Origin: Chloroflexota bacterium
GTDB lineage: Bacteria > Chloroflexota > Limnocylindria > Limnocylindrales > CSP1-4
Direction of reading: 5' to 3'
DNA length: 64,000 nucleotides
Assembly (NCBI GenBank): GCA_016200665.1
Contig: JACQEG010000044.1
Coordinates: 12,192 to 76,191 of the forward strand
Made by a program: the position numbers and the translations under genes. The notes below the pieces were generated by a model. The model worked only from the letters and a program-made list of their open reading frames with translations, did not search any database and was not told the origin of the DNA. Shown in pieces: positions 46,189 through 57,503 of the stretch (within the stretch, counting starts at the first letter, position 1; every line of letters begins with the position of its first letter).

Positions 46189-47415
46189 TCAGATCGCGTC
46201 GCCGAGGTACGCCTGCTCGCCGTGGATCGCGCTGTCGAGGCCCATCTCCTCCGTCGCCGAGGTGACTCGGACGGGCGTCACCCGGTCGATGAGCCACAGC
46301 ATCCCGTAGGTGAACCCGAAGGCCCAGACTGCGGCGAACGCTGCGGCGGCCACCTGCTTGAAGAGGAACCCCGCGTCGCCGGCCAGCAAGCCGTCGACAC
46401 CGCCCGGATTGAACGCCTTCGTGGCAAAGATGCCGAGCAGGACGACCCCAGTGAGGCCGCCGACGGCGTGGACGCCCCAGACGTCGAGGGCGTCATCGAG
46501 CTTGAGCCGGTTCTTCAGGTTCACGGCTGCGTAGCACACGACCCCGGCGACGATTCCGATCAGGACGGCGGCGAGCGGCGACACGTACCCCGCGGCAGGG
46601 GTGATGGTCGCGAGCCCGGCAACGGCGCCGGTCAGGAGGCCGAGGAAGCTCGGCCGGCGCTCGAACCGCCAGGCCACCGCGAGCCAGGCGATCGCGGCGA
46701 ACGATGCGGCGACATCGGTGTTCAGGAACGCGACCGCGGTCGTGCTGTCGACCCGGAACTCGCTCCCGGCGTTGAAGCCGTACCAGCCGAACCACAGCAG
46801 CCCGGTGCCGAGCGCGACGAGCGGGATGCTGTGCGGCCCGCGGTCCTGAAACGCCCGCTTGCCGACATAGACGACGGAAGCCAGAGCCGCCATGCCGGCG
46901 ATGGCATGAACGACGATGCCGCCTGCGAAGTCCCTGACTCCCCATTGCGCGAGGAAGCCGCCGCCCCACACCATGTGGACGAACGGGAAGTACACGAACA
47001 GCAGCCAGGCCGTCAGGAAGATCATGTAGGCCTTGAAGCTGACCCGGTTCGCGAATGCGCCGGTGATGAGGGCCGGGGTGATGATGGCGAACATCATCTG
47101 GTAGCCGATGAACACGATTTCGGGGATCGATGCATTCAAGGGCGAGGGACTGTCGAGCGTCACCCCGTTCAGGAACGCCTTGTCGAGGTTGCCGATGATC
47201 CCGCCGACGTCACCCGAGAAGCTCAGCGAGTAGCCCACGACGACCCAGATCACGGTCGTCCAGCCCATCGACACGAAGCTCTGGATCATGATCGCGAGGA
47301 CGTTCCGGCGGCCGACGAGGCCGCCGTAGAAGAACGCCAGCCCGGGCGTCATGAGCATCACGAGGCTGCTGGCAAGCAGCATGAACCCCGTGTTCCCGGT
47401 ATCCAGGTTCGGCAC
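46189..47415 (-). CDS. amt: Ammonium transporter (Amt family)
   Basis: The protein is 408 aa with 11 TM helices. The N-terminus has the typical Amt sequence FMLLASSLVMLMTPGLAFFYGG. Confidence 0.9.
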   Translation of the reverse strand: MPNLDTGNTGFMLLASSLVMLMTPGLAFFYGGLVGRRNVLAIMIQSFVSMGWTTVIWVVVGYSLSFSGDVGGIIGNLDKAFLNGVTLDSPSPLNASIPEIVFIGYQMMFAIITPALITGAFANRVSFKAYMIFLTAWLLFVYFPFVHMVWGGGFLAQWGVRDFAGGIVVHAIAGMAALASVVYVGKRAFQDRGPHSIPLVALGTGLLWFGWYGFNAGSEFRVDSTTAVAFLNTDVAASFAAIAWLAVAWRFERRPSFLGLLTGAVAGLATITPAAGYVSPLAAVLIGIVAGVVCYAAVNLKNRLKLDDALDVWGVHAVGGLTGVVLLGIFATKAFNPGGVDGLLAGDAGFLFKQVAAAAFAAVWAFGFTYGMLWLIDRVTPVRVTSATEEMGLDSAIHGEQAYLGDAI

Positions 47416-47584
47416 GACCTACTCCTTCAGGGACATGGCTGGCACGGCATCGTTGTCGAGCCCCGTGGCTCACGCGCAGTCTCCACCCGCAGGCAACCGT
47501 CGTGGCGGGCCACCCGGCCCGAGGACCGCGTGACCCTGTACCCGCGCGACACCGGCCTCATGGCAGGCGAGGGTGTGTCCGGGC

Positions 47585-47950
47585 CTACGCGCCGCCCTTG
47601 ATCGTGTCCGCGATGAGCTCGAACGCCGGCGGGAAGGTGAGCAGGAAGCCCAGCCCCAGCAGGACGGACGTCGCGATGACCACGTTCCGCCACGGCAGCT
47701 CCTTGCCGCGGAAGGCGACGTGGAGGCCGATCCACGAGACGACGTAGACGATCGTCGAGACGGCGACCTTCCCGGACAGCGGGCCGACGCCGCTGCCCAG
47801 GCCGTAGTTCTTCGAGAAGTCGAGGGCCTTGCTGATGTCGGCATTGGCGTCGTTGAGGACGACCAGGAGGCCCAGGGTGAAGCACGCCGCCGCGGCGGCG
47901 ATGAACGCGGCCGCGACCGGGCCGTTGGGCTTGGTATCGGTGGACTGCAT
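47585..47950 (-). CDS. Hypothetical membrane protein with 3 TM helices
   Basis: A GAGGAGGG RBS sits 8 nt upstream. Only 14 nt separate it from the stop of the next membrane-protein gene. Confidence 0.55.
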   Translation of the reverse strand: MQSTDTKPNGPVAAAFIAAAAACFTLGLLVVLNDANADISKALDFSKNYGLGSGVGPLSGKVAVSTIVYVVSWIGLHVAFRGKELPWRNVVIATSVLLGLGFLLTFPPAFELIADTIKGGA

Positions 47951-47964
47951 GGCTCGATCCCTCC

Positions 47965-48513
47965 TCAGGCGACCGGTGCGGCCTTGGTGATGAGCGCGCC
48001 GTACAGGCCGGCAACGCCCGCCGCCACGAAGGCCAGGACGAACAGCACCAGGACCGCACGGCGGATCTCGCCGCGCCGGATCAGCTGGACGCCGTAGTAG
48101 GCGACGGCAAAGGCGACCGCGGTGGCGAGGAACGGAGCCATCCAGGCGATGTGCTCCTTCCACTCCATCCCGAAGTTGTGCCAGGCCGCGGTCGCCGCAT
48201 CGGCAACGAGCTTGGCCTTCGGGTAGTCGGTGAGATCGGTCGTGCCCACCGGGACCCCGGCCCGGTACCACGGGTAGACGATGAACGTCCCGGTGATGAC
48301 GGTGAGCCACGCGACGACGGCCATGACGGTCGTGCCCAGGCGCAACCGGCGGGTTCGCTCCTGGACGCCCTCCTCGGTCACGAGGGACGCGCGCAGGCTG
48401 TACAGGCTGGCGAGCCCGCCGCCGAACGCGAGCAGGAACAGGGCGCCGAGCGTCATGCCGTGGACCAGGGCCCACGTCTCGCGGCTCGTGAGCGCACCGA
48501 AGAACTCGGGCAT
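47965..48513 (-). CDS. Hypothetical membrane protein with 4-5 TM helices
   Basis: An AGGAGG RBS precedes the start. Confidence 0.6.
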   Translation of the reverse strand: MPEFFGALTSRETWALVHGMTLGALFLLAFGGGLASLYSLRASLVTEEGVQERTRRLRLGTTVMAVVAWLTVITGTFIVYPWYRAGVPVGTTDLTDYPKAKLVADAATAAWHNFGMEWKEHIAWMAPFLATAVAFAVAYYGVQLIRRGEIRRAVLVLFVLAFVAAGVAGLYGALITKAAPVA

Positions 48514-48689
48514 TGAAGGAGCCTCCTAGCTGTGGACGGCGGCCAGAGAGTCGGGGACGCCGCTCCTTGTCGAGGTCAATCTCCCGTAGACACGCATCAT
48601 CGACACGGGCCGAATGGCCTGTAGCCGGGCCCCGAACGTCACGCCCGTCGGCCGCTGCGCGGGCGGGATCGTCGAGCTCGGCCCGCGGG

Positions 48690-49142
48690 TCACGCGCTGA
48701 GGCCGAGCTCCGCCATCAGGCCGCGGACGCGGCGCTCGATGTCATCCCGGATCAACCGGACAGCCTCGATCGACTTGCCCGCCGGATCCTCAAGCTCCCA
48801 GTCGACATAGCGCTTGCCGGGGTAGAACGGGCAGGCGTCGCCGCAACCCATCGTCACGATGACATCGGTCGCCCGGACGTCGTCGTCGTCCCAGTGGCGG
48901 GGGCGCTCGGCGCTGATGTCGATCCCCTGCTCCGCCATCGCCGCGACGACGGCCGGGTTCAGTTGCGCCGCCGGCTCGGAGCCGCCGGAGAAGACCGCGA
49001 CGCGATCGTCGCCGAGGTGGCGCAGGAACGCTGCCGCCATCTGGGAGCGGCCGGCGTTGTGCACGCACAGGAACAGGACGCCGGGCTTCACGACACGCTC
49101 ATCGCCTGGGCCGAGGATCTCCCGGCTGCGCAACGAGGCCAC
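48690..49142 (-). CDS. arsC: Arsenate reductase of the low-molecular-weight phosphatase family
   Basis: It has the CVHNAGRSQMA CX5R P-loop. An alternative GTG start lies at 49091. Confidence 0.8.
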   Translation of the reverse strand: MASLRSREILGPGDERVVKPGVLFLCVHNAGRSQMAAAFLRHLGDDRVAVFSGGSEPAAQLNPAVVAAMAEQGIDISAERPRHWDDDDVRATDVIVTMGCGDACPFYPGKRYVDWELEDPAGKSIEAVRLIRDDIERRVRGLMAELGLSA

Positions 49143-49617
49143 CGCCGCGGACCGTCGCGCCCACGACCATCGCGGCCCCGACCAGCACGATGTTCTTGAT
49201 GATGTACTGGCCCTCGAGCGTCGGCGCGTACGGGAACTGGGTGAATGTCTCGGTCGGGAAGAGGAACAGTGGCGTGATCGTGCCGGCCATCTGGACGATC
49301 AGCAGGGCCAGGGTCGCCCGCAGGAACCTGCCGCTGAGCAGGCCCAGGCCGATGAGCGTCTCCCAGGCGGCGAGGATCGGCAGCGAGACCTGGGGCGTGA
49401 TGGCGCCCAGCGAGAGCGTCTCGATCGTGCGGGCCGCGAGATCCTGAGCCGGGCTGAGGCCGGGGAAGAACTTCAGGGCGCCGAACCACAGGAACACGAT
49501 CCCGAGGCCGAGCCGCAGGACCGGGATCCCGATTCGCGCCAGCGTCGCGGTGATCCGGGCATCGAGCGGCTCGATGGCCTTCCAGGCTCGATCGACGATC
49601 GCCGGTGTGCTTGCCAT
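49099..49617 (-). CDS. DUF417/YkgB-like (DoxX-related) membrane protein
   Basis: Its sequence reads LGLGIVFLWFGALKFFPGLSPAQDLAARTIETLS. Confidence 0.6.
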   Translation of the reverse strand: MASTPAIVDRAWKAIEPLDARITATLARIGIPVLRLGLGIVFLWFGALKFFPGLSPAQDLAARTIETLSLGAITPQVSLPILAAWETLIGLGLLSGRFLRATLALLIVQMAGTITPLFLFPTETFTQFPYAPTLEGQYIIKNIVLVGAAMVVGATVRGGGLVAQPGDPRPRR

Positions 49618-49743
49618 GCGGGCTCAGCATGCCACCGACCGGCGCGGAAGGCCCTGGACAGGTGGTCCAGCGCGGCCCACGACCGCCACATCGGCCGACG
49701 GCCGGCCGTCGGCAGGGCACCCCAGAGCAACGACGGAGGATCC

Positions 49744-51252
49744 ATGGACCCTCGCCTCGCTCGGCGCGTCGCGCTCGCGGCGCTGCTGCTCGGCATCCTC
49801 GGCGACCTCCTGTTCGATCGGGTGGCGCTCGGCATCAACGTCCCGATCGCGATCGGGGCGGGACTCGTGGCGGCGACGCTCTTCCGACCGGCTGGCAGCC
49901 GGATCGATCGTCTCGACCTGTGGATCCCGCTGGTCGCGATGCTGGCCGCCCTCGGGGTCGCGCTTCGTGCCGACCCCACGATCGTGGCCTTCGACCTGGC
50001 GCTGGCCGGCGTCGCGACGCTCGCCTGGATGATCTGCTGCTCCGGCGTCGCGCTGACGCGGCGGAGCGTCGACGTCGTCGTGGCCGCCGGCGCGTGGGCT
50101 GGCGCGTGGCTCGGGATCGGCGGCGTCGTCGTCGCCGGCCGGGCCGGGTCGGACGGCGCTCTCGGAAAGGCACTGGGCTCGAGCCGGGGGGCACTGCCGA
50201 TCATCCGGGGCGTCGCCCTGGCCACGCCGGTCGTGCTCGTCCTCGCGGCGCTCCTCGCCTCCGCGGACGCCGTGTTCGGGAAGCTGATCGGCAACCTCCT
50301 GAAGCTGCCGTTCGACCTGTCCGACCTCGCGGTCCGCTCGGTCGTCGTGCTGGCGATCGCCTGGCTCGCCGCCGGCGCCCTGTCGATCGCGGCGGGCGGC
50401 CTGCCCTACAGGCCGGAGTCGCCGGCTCGGTCCCTGGGGGCCGCGGCCCGAAGCCGGACGGGCTGGCTCGTCCTTCCGGGCGCCACCGAGGCTCTCGTCG
50501 TCCTCGTCGCGGTCGATGCCCTCTTCGGGGCGTTCGTCGCGGTCCAGGTCGCGTACCTGTTCGGCGGGCTCGGCACGGTGCTCGGCACCGGCATCACCTT
50601 CAGCGACTACGCCCGCGAGGGGTACTTCCAGCTCATCGCCGTCGTCGCATTCGCCGGCGTCCTGCTGGCCTTCGCCGAGGCGGCGGCGCATCGCACACGG
50701 ACGTTCCTCGTCGCCGCGCTCGGGCTCGTCGGGCTGACGTTCGTCATCCTCGCCTCGGCGGCGGTCCGTCTCGCGCTGTACCTGCAGGCCTACGGCTGGA
50801 CCGAGCTTCGGTTCTACGTCGCTGCGTCGATGGCGTGGCTGGCGATCGGCGGCTTGCTGCTCGGGATCCTCATTGCCCGCGACCGGGTCAGGTGGCTCGC
50901 CCACGGCCTCGCCCTCGGGGCGGTCATCGTCACGCTCGGCGTAACCGCGATCGGCCCACAGTCATTCATCACCGACCAGAACGTCGCCCGCGTGCTCGAT
51001 CCGGCGCGCGTGCCCGCGTCCGGCCACGCGGGGCTCGATACCGAGTACCTCTCCGAGCTCGGCGACGATGCGATCCCGTCGCTCGTCGACGCCTGGCCGC
51101 GGGTGGACGCCGCGACGAGAGCAGTGCTGCAGCCAGTCCTGCTCTCACGCTGGTACCAGCTCCGGGACGATCCCACGACAACGAGCTGGCCGTCCTGGAA
51201 CCTCGCACGCGAGCGCGCGAGGTCGGCGCTCGAGGCGCTGTTCCGGCCCTGA
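49744..51252 (+). CDS. Large polytopic integral membrane protein of unknown function
   Basis: A GGAGGA RBS precedes the start. There are more than 10 TM helices. Only the 3' 502 codons of the 797-aa six-frame ORF are coding-like. Confidence 0.65.
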   Translation: MDPRLARRVALAALLLGILGDLLFDRVALGINVPIAIGAGLVAATLFRPAGSRIDRLDLWIPLVAMLAALGVALRADPTIVAFDLALAGVATLAWMICCSGVALTRRSVDVVVAAGAWAGAWLGIGGVVVAGRAGSDGALGKALGSSRGALPIIRGVALATPVVLVLAALLASADAVFGKLIGNLLKLPFDLSDLAVRSVVVLAIAWLAAGALSIAAGGLPYRPESPARSLGAAARSRTGWLVLPGATEALVVLVAVDALFGAFVAVQVAYLFGGLGTVLGTGITFSDYAREGYFQLIAVVAFAGVLLAFAEAAAHRTRTFLVAALGLVGLTFVILASAAVRLALYLQAYGWTELRFYVAASMAWLAIGGLLLGILIARDRVRWLAHGLALGAVIVTLGVTAIGPQSFITDQNVARVLDPARVPASGHAGLDTEYLSELGDDAIPSLVDAWPRVDAATRAVLQPVLLSRWYQLRDDPTTTSWPSWNLARERARSALEALFRP

Positions 51253-51255
51253 CCC

Positions 51256-53058
51256 TCAGTCGAAGTCGGCCGGTGCGAGGCGCTCGGGGCGTAGCCGCAC
51301 CTTCGTGAGCCGCCCCGAGGCTGGGTCGCGAGCGAGGGCGAGCTCGAGGTGCCCGCGCGTGCAGTCGAGCCGGAACGTGGCCTCGCGCTCGCCGTCGCCG
51401 GCGATGACCGAGCCGAGGTGGACCGTGCCGAATCTCGCCTCCGTGGCCCGCAGCGACCGACTCAGGGCGCTCGCGTCCAGCGAGGCATCGATCGCGAGCT
51501 CGGCGGGCCACACGGGCGCCTCGCCCGAGCCGACGATGAGCGCCGCCGCGATCCGCTCCGCGGCAGTCCGGAGCGCGGGCGAGGGCTGAGGCACGGAGGT
51601 GAGGACCAGTGCCTGGACCCTGGGCGGCAGCTCCGGCGAGAGGAGGATCTCCACCTTCACCCGGCCAAGCTCGCCGCGCATCCACCATTCGAGGTGGAAC
51701 GGGCTGTGCGACACCGGCGCCTCGGCCGGATCCGGCACGAGCGGGCCATGCACCGTCCGAAGCCGCGTCATCGTGTCGCGCCGGAGGGCGAGCGGCTCGT
51801 CGAGCCCGACGTTCATCGCGAACAGGCCCTCGGCCACCGCGTCGTCCCAGCGGTCGAGCAGGCCCTCCACGGCGACCCGCGCTGCCACAGTGGCCGCGCT
51901 TGCCCGCACGCGCCGGCTCGGGACGGCGTCGGCGTCGAGGAGCGACAGCAGGAGGTCCCGGGCGAGCAGGCTCGAGGGGGCGTACCGGCCGTTCGCCAGG
52001 ACCACGACCCCGAGCCCGGACGGAGCGTGCCACCGCATGTTCGAGCCGAAGCCGGGATACCCGCCGCTGTGGCCGACGATCCGGCCCCATCGCAGGTGGT
52101 CGAAGACGAACAGCCCGAATCCGTACGCTCCGCCACCGAGCTCCGGATCGGCGTCGGCGGTGGGGGACGTGATCCCGGCATCGAACGACACCATCGGCTG
52201 CTGCATTTCGCGCCGGCTGGCCCGGCTGAGCGGATGGGCCATGCCGGGCTCGGCGCGCGGCGGGTAGGCCTCGATGAAGCCCTGGACCCATGTCGCCAGG
52301 TCTCGCACCGTCGTGAAGATCCCGCCCATCGCGGCGAGCGCCCCGTAGCCGTCCATCGGCTCCGCGACGAACCGATCGCCCCGCCACAGGTAGCCGCGCG
52401 CCAGCCGCTCGGCGGCGACCTCCTCCTGGAGGTAGCCGGTCGAGGTCATGCCGAGCGGCGCCAGGATCCGCTCCCGGACGACCTCGCGATACTCGCGCCC
52501 GGCGACCGACGTGATCAGCCGCCCGAGGAGCCCGTAGCCGAGGTTCGAGTACTCCCAGCGCGTCCCCGGCGTCCAGGCGAAGGAGAGCCCGTTCGCGGCG
52601 AGGGCGAGGAATGCCTGGACGTCGAGGCCCTGCTGGCGGTCGCCCCAGGGATCGTCGGTCGGGAAGCCCGCCGTCATCGTCAGCAGGTGGCGGATCGTGA
52701 TGGCCGGCGAGTCGGCGGTGGGCCCACGCAGCTCGCTCAGGGCCGGCAGGTGGAGGGCGATCGGGTCGTCCAGCCGGAGGAGTCCCTGGTCGCGGAGCGA
52801 AAGCACGGTCGCGGCCGTGAAGCTCTTCGTCATCGACGCGATCCGGAAGACGCTGTCCGCGTCCGGCCTGGCGTCCTCGCCGACGCGGAGCGTGCCGAGC
52901 CCGCGGGCGTGGCGCAGCTCGCCATCGACGAGGACGCCGTAGCTGAGGCCCGGCACCTTCCATTCGCCGAACGTCCGATCGGCGATCCCGTCCAGCCGCT
53001 CGAGCGCGTCCTCGAGCCTCACCCGGCGAGCCCTCCCCCCCGCTCGTCCCAGAATCAC
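51256..53058 (-). CDS. Serine hydrolase of the beta-lactamase/transpeptidase family
   Basis: The SMTKSF SxxK motif is present. Confidence 0.8.
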   Translation of the reverse strand: MILGRAGGRARRVRLEDALERLDGIADRTFGEWKVPGLSYGVLVDGELRHARGLGTLRVGEDARPDADSVFRIASMTKSFTAATVLSLRDQGLLRLDDPIALHLPALSELRGPTADSPAITIRHLLTMTAGFPTDDPWGDRQQGLDVQAFLALAANGLSFAWTPGTRWEYSNLGYGLLGRLITSVAGREYREVVRERILAPLGMTSTGYLQEEVAAERLARGYLWRGDRFVAEPMDGYGALAAMGGIFTTVRDLATWVQGFIEAYPPRAEPGMAHPLSRASRREMQQPMVSFDAGITSPTADADPELGGGAYGFGLFVFDHLRWGRIVGHSGGYPGFGSNMRWHAPSGLGVVVLANGRYAPSSLLARDLLLSLLDADAVPSRRVRASAATVAARVAVEGLLDRWDDAVAEGLFAMNVGLDEPLALRRDTMTRLRTVHGPLVPDPAEAPVSHSPFHLEWWMRGELGRVKVEILLSPELPPRVQALVLTSVPQPSPALRTAAERIAAALIVGSGEAPVWPAELAIDASLDASALSRSLRATEARFGTVHLGSVIAGDGEREATFRLDCTRGHLELALARDPASGRLTKVRLRPERLAPADFD

Positions 53059-53115
53059 GAAGCCGTCGGATGTCCGACGGCTTCGAAGTGTGCCGGGTTC
53101 GTCAGGCGCGCGAGG

Positions 53116-53496
53116 TCAGTGCGCGCAGCTCCGGGCCTGGCCTGCGTCGTCCGCGGTCCGGAAGCTCGAGCCGCAGCCACAGGCGGTGACCGCGTTCGGG
53201 TTGTTCACGGTGAACCCCGCGCCCATGAGCGTGTCGACGTAGTCGATCTGGGAGCCGGTCAGGAGCGGGATGCTCTGGCCATCGACGTAGACCTTGACGC
53301 CGTTCGCCTCGAGGACGTTGTCCTCCGGCGTCGGCTGGTCCTCGAGCATCATCCCGTAGCGGTAGCCGGAGCAGCCGCCGGAGTAGACATAGACGCGCAG
53401 CCCGATGTTCGGGTTCGCCTCTTCCTTCGTCAGGTCGCGCAGCTTGGCCACCGCGGCGTCGCTGAGGGAGAGGACGGTTGGCTGCTGGTCGATCAT
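53116..53496 (-). CDS. erpA: A-type iron-sulfur carrier (IscA/ErpA/HesB family)
   Basis: It has GGCSGYRY and C-terminal CGCGSSF motifs. The start was taken at MIDQQ. Confidence 0.8.
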   Translation of the reverse strand: MIDQQPTVLSLSDAAVAKLRDLTKEEANPNIGLRVYVYSGGCSGYRYGMMLEDQPTPEDNVLEANGVKVYVDGQSIPLLTGSQIDYVDTLMGAGFTVNNPNAVTACGCGSSFRTADDAGQARSCAH

Positions 53497-53704
53497 CGAG
53501 GACGTCTCCGGAGGGTGGTCGGGACTCGGTTTCGCGGAGCACGGCTCCGGTGTGGCCTCAATCGTACGCAGCGCAACCGATTCAGACAACCACCTCCGCC
53601 GAAATTCGCGTCATGTCGGGCGGTCGATGGCCCGGGCCGTGTGCCTCCCACCAACACGACCGATGGCAGGACCGGCACACTCCGGGGGCACGGAGGCTGA
53701 ACGC

Positions 53705-54259
53705 ATGAAGCGACGCCGCTCCCCGCTCGAGAGCCCCTCGCCCGCCGGCACGCCCACGGGTGGTCCTGCTGGCCGCCGCGCCGACCCCGGATCGCCGGAG
53801 GACGAGCCCCGCACGCCGCCCTACTCGTTCGCCCTCCAATCCGGCGTGTCGGGCCTGTGGCACCAGGTCCTCGCGGTCGCCTCGCTCGCGGCCGGCGGAG
53901 TGCTGCTGGTGATCGCCAGGGGCTCGCCCCTCGATGGCGAGCTCATCGGCGTGGCCCTCGCCGGGCTGCTGCTCGTCGCGCCGCTCCCGATGTTCGCCGG
54001 CGACGCGGCCGATGCCGTGCTCGTCCTGGCCGTCCGCCATCGCTGGCTCTCGATCGATGGCTATCACCGCTACGCAGCGCTCGTGATCCTGCTCGCGATC
54101 GCGTTCGTTGGGATCGCGACGTACCCGATCGTCGTGGCGATCGGCGGCAAGGGCCTCTTCTCGATCTTCGTCGTCGCCGCGGCGTTCGTGCTGTTCGGCG
54201 TGATCCCGATCGGCGCGTGGCTCAGCCGCAAGGTTCGGAAGGCGCCACCCGGCGTCTGA
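53705..54259 (+). CDS. Hypothetical membrane protein
   Basis: A GGAGG RBS sits 8 nt upstream. There are 4 TM helices. Confidence 0.55.
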   Translation: MKRRRSPLESPSPAGTPTGGPAGRRADPGSPEDEPRTPPYSFALQSGVSGLWHQVLAVASLAAGGVLLVIARGSPLDGELIGVALAGLLLVAPLPMFAGDAADAVLVLAVRHRWLSIDGYHRYAALVILLAIAFVGIATYPIVVAIGGKGLFSIFVVAAAFVLFGVIPIGAWLSRKVRKAPPGV

Positions 54260-54528
54260 CCGCGACGCCTGACCGCCGCGCCTGACCGCCGGCGTCATCC
54301 GCTGCACGGCGCCGCGGTCGGCCCTCGGCTATCGTTGGCCTCCCGTCGCCGGGGTGGCCAAGGCGCGACGGGTCGCAAGCCCCCAGGAGTCGTCCGACGA
54401 CCGAATCGACGCGCGCCCACCGTTTCTCCCTCCCGCAGCTCGATGACCCGCGCTCGGCAGAGGCCATCGACGCCCTGCTCGCCGGCGCCGAGCGCCATCG
54501 TGGGCGGCCCGCCCCCGAACCGATCGCG

Positions 54529-54975
54529 ATGGGCGATCGTCACGCCTTCGAGGGCCTCGAGAATCGCATCGCCTGGATGGACGCCGTCCGGCGCGAGGAC
54601 GCCCGCCAGCAGCGCTACCGCCGCGCGGCCTCCATCGTCGTCATCGAGGCTCGGCCGCTGAGCCGGACCCCCGGCGCGGACGACTGGCTCTCCCGCTCCG
54701 CCGGCCCGATCGCCCACACGATCCGCCGCGCCGCGCGCCAGACGGACCGCATCACCCGCGTCAGCGAGACACGCTTCCTCGTGCTCCTGCCCGAGACCAC
54801 GGAGGCGGATGCGACGCATTTCGCCGAGCGGGTCCTGAGCGATTGCGCGGTGTGGCTGAACGCGGCCAATGCCCCGATCACGGTCCGCGCCTCCGCGGCG
54901 GCAGCGACCGCGACGAGCGAAGCCAGCCTGGAGGATGCGCTCGGCCGCGCCCTCGAGGCGCTCGCCGAAGGCTGA
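54529..54975 (+). CDS. Degenerate GGDEF-like fragment protein
   Basis: The segment VSETRFLVLLPETTEADATHFAERV resembles the GGDEF I-site and C-terminal region but lacks the GG(D/E)EF motif. GC3 bias is strong. Confidence 0.4.
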   Translation: MGDRHAFEGLENRIAWMDAVRREDARQQRYRRAASIVVIEARPLSRTPGADDWLSRSAGPIAHTIRRAARQTDRITRVSETRFLVLLPETTEADATHFAERVLSDCAVWLNAANAPITVRASAAAATATSEASLEDALGRALEALAEG

Positions 54976-54978
54976 GCC

Positions 54979-56205
<1,227 letters not shown>

Positions 56206-56227
56206 CGCCCCGATTATCGGCTTCGCC

Positions 56228-57436
56228 TCAGCGTCGCGTTCGGCGCGCCTCGCGCAGCAGGGCCAGCGCCGGTCGGAAGGTGTCGGCATCCTCGTCGCTC
56301 ATCGCGTCGAGCGACATCGCGACCTCCTCGATGCCCGTCCGCCGGACCCACTCGAACGGCCCGAACGGGTGGCTTGCCCCGAGCCGCATTGCCCGGTCGA
56401 TGTCGTCCGCCGTGGCGACGCCATCGCCGAGGGCGCGGTAGGCCTCGTTGGCGATCGCGAGGATGACCCGCTCAGCGATCGCCTCCGGTGCGAGCGTCGC
56501 GGCCCCCGGGACGCTCCGCTCGACGCGCTCGAACCGCGACGCCGGGCCGAGCTTCCGACCCTCCTCGTAGCGGTAGAAGCCGCGGCCAGCCTTGCGACCC
56601 AGCGCGCCGGCCGCGACGAGCTCCTCCTGGATCGGCGACGGGCGGAAGCGGGCCGCCCGCCCGAAGCCCTCGAACAGTCCGCGGGCCGCCGCGAGGTTGA
56701 CGTCAATGCCGATGAGGTCCATGAGCGCGAACGGGCCCATCGGAAAGCCGGCCGCGGTGATCGCGTCGTCGATCTCGACGATCGTTCCGGCCCCCGCGCG
56801 AAGCAACCGGAGGGGCTCGAGGGTGAACGGCCGGTTGATCCGGTTGACGATGAACCCCGGCGAATCCTTCGACTGGATCGGGGTCTTGCCCCAGTCGTCG
56901 GCGATCGTCGTGGCGCGTTCGACGGCCCACTCGGCGGAGCCTGCACCCGCGACGATCTCGACGAGATCGAGTCGCGGCGCGGGATTGAAGAAGTGCATCC
57001 CGACGACCCGCTCCGGGGCAATTCGAGCTCCCTCGGCGATCCGCGATACCGGCAGCGCGCTCGTGTTCGTGGCCAGGACGGTGGTCGGAGGCGACGATCG
57101 ATCGAGCTCGCCGAACAGGCGCTGCTTGATCGCGAGGTCCTCGATCGCCGCCTCGATGACGAGGTGGGCGTCGGTGGCTGCCGCCGCCGCGCTCGCCGCC
57201 AGCCCGAGCCGAGCGATCCGACCGGTCGCCCAGTCCTCCATGGCGTCCGCGTCGGCTTCCAGGCGCGAGGCTCGGCGCAGCAACCCGTCGTAGATCCGGA
57301 CGCGCGCGCGCTCGGTCGCGTCGGCGAGTGGATCGAAGAGAGTCACGGCCCAGCCGGCCTCGAGGGCCACCTGGGCGATACCTGCGCCCATCGTTCCCGC
57401 TCCGATGATCGCCACGCGTGCCCGGTCCTCGCCCAC
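56228..57436 (-). CDS. 3-hydroxyacyl-CoA dehydrogenase (NAD-binding)
   Basis: It has the [14 protein letters not shown] Rossmann motif. The GTG start was chosen so the 67-bp divergent region to padR is not occupied. Confidence 0.75.
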   Translation of the reverse strand: MGEDRARVAIIGAGTMGAGIAQVALEAGWAVTLFDPLADATERARVRIYDGLLRRASRLEADADAMEDWATGRIARLGLAASAAAAATDAHLVIEAAIEDLAIKQRLFGELDRSSPPTTVLATNTSALPVSRIAEGARIAPERVVGMHFFNPAPRLDLVEIVAGAGSAEWAVERATTIADDWGKTPIQSKDSPGFIVNRINRPFTLEPLRLLRAGAGTIVEIDDAITAAGFPMGPFALMDLIGIDVNLAAARGLFEGFGRAARFRPSPIQEELVAAGALGRKAGRGFYRYEEGRKLGPASRFERVERSVPGAATLAPEAIAERVILAIANEAYRALGDGVATADDIDRAMRLGASHPFGPFEWVRRTGIEEVAMSLDAMSDEDADTFRPALALLREARRTRR

Positions 57437-57469
57437 GGTCAGCAACGGTACCGCCCTCGCATGCGTCCG

Positions 57470-57497
57470 TTGACAATGCATCAACTGTTGATATAGT
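57470..57497 (+). promoter_or_regulatory. Near-consensus sigma70 promoter, TTGACA-N16-TATAGT, with an embedded 6-1-6 inverted repeat ATCAAC-T-GTTGAT. It is the candidate PadR operator
   Basis: TTGACA is at 57470-57475, TATAGT at 57492-57497, and the palindrome at 57480-57492. The ATG of the padR-family gene is at 57504. Confidence 0.55.
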
Positions 57498-57503
57498 CCG
57501 CCC

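Noticed and set aside
48859-49743. 5' portion of the 797-aa ORF preceding the large membrane protein
   Set aside because: It is antisense to the arsC and DUF417 genes and Arg/Ala-rich. A good RBS and ATG at 49744 start the credible membrane protein.
54262-54300. Short direct repeats, (c)tgaccgc ×3
   Set aside because: They are very short and of low information. They are likely a chance GC-rich repetition after the membrane-protein stop.
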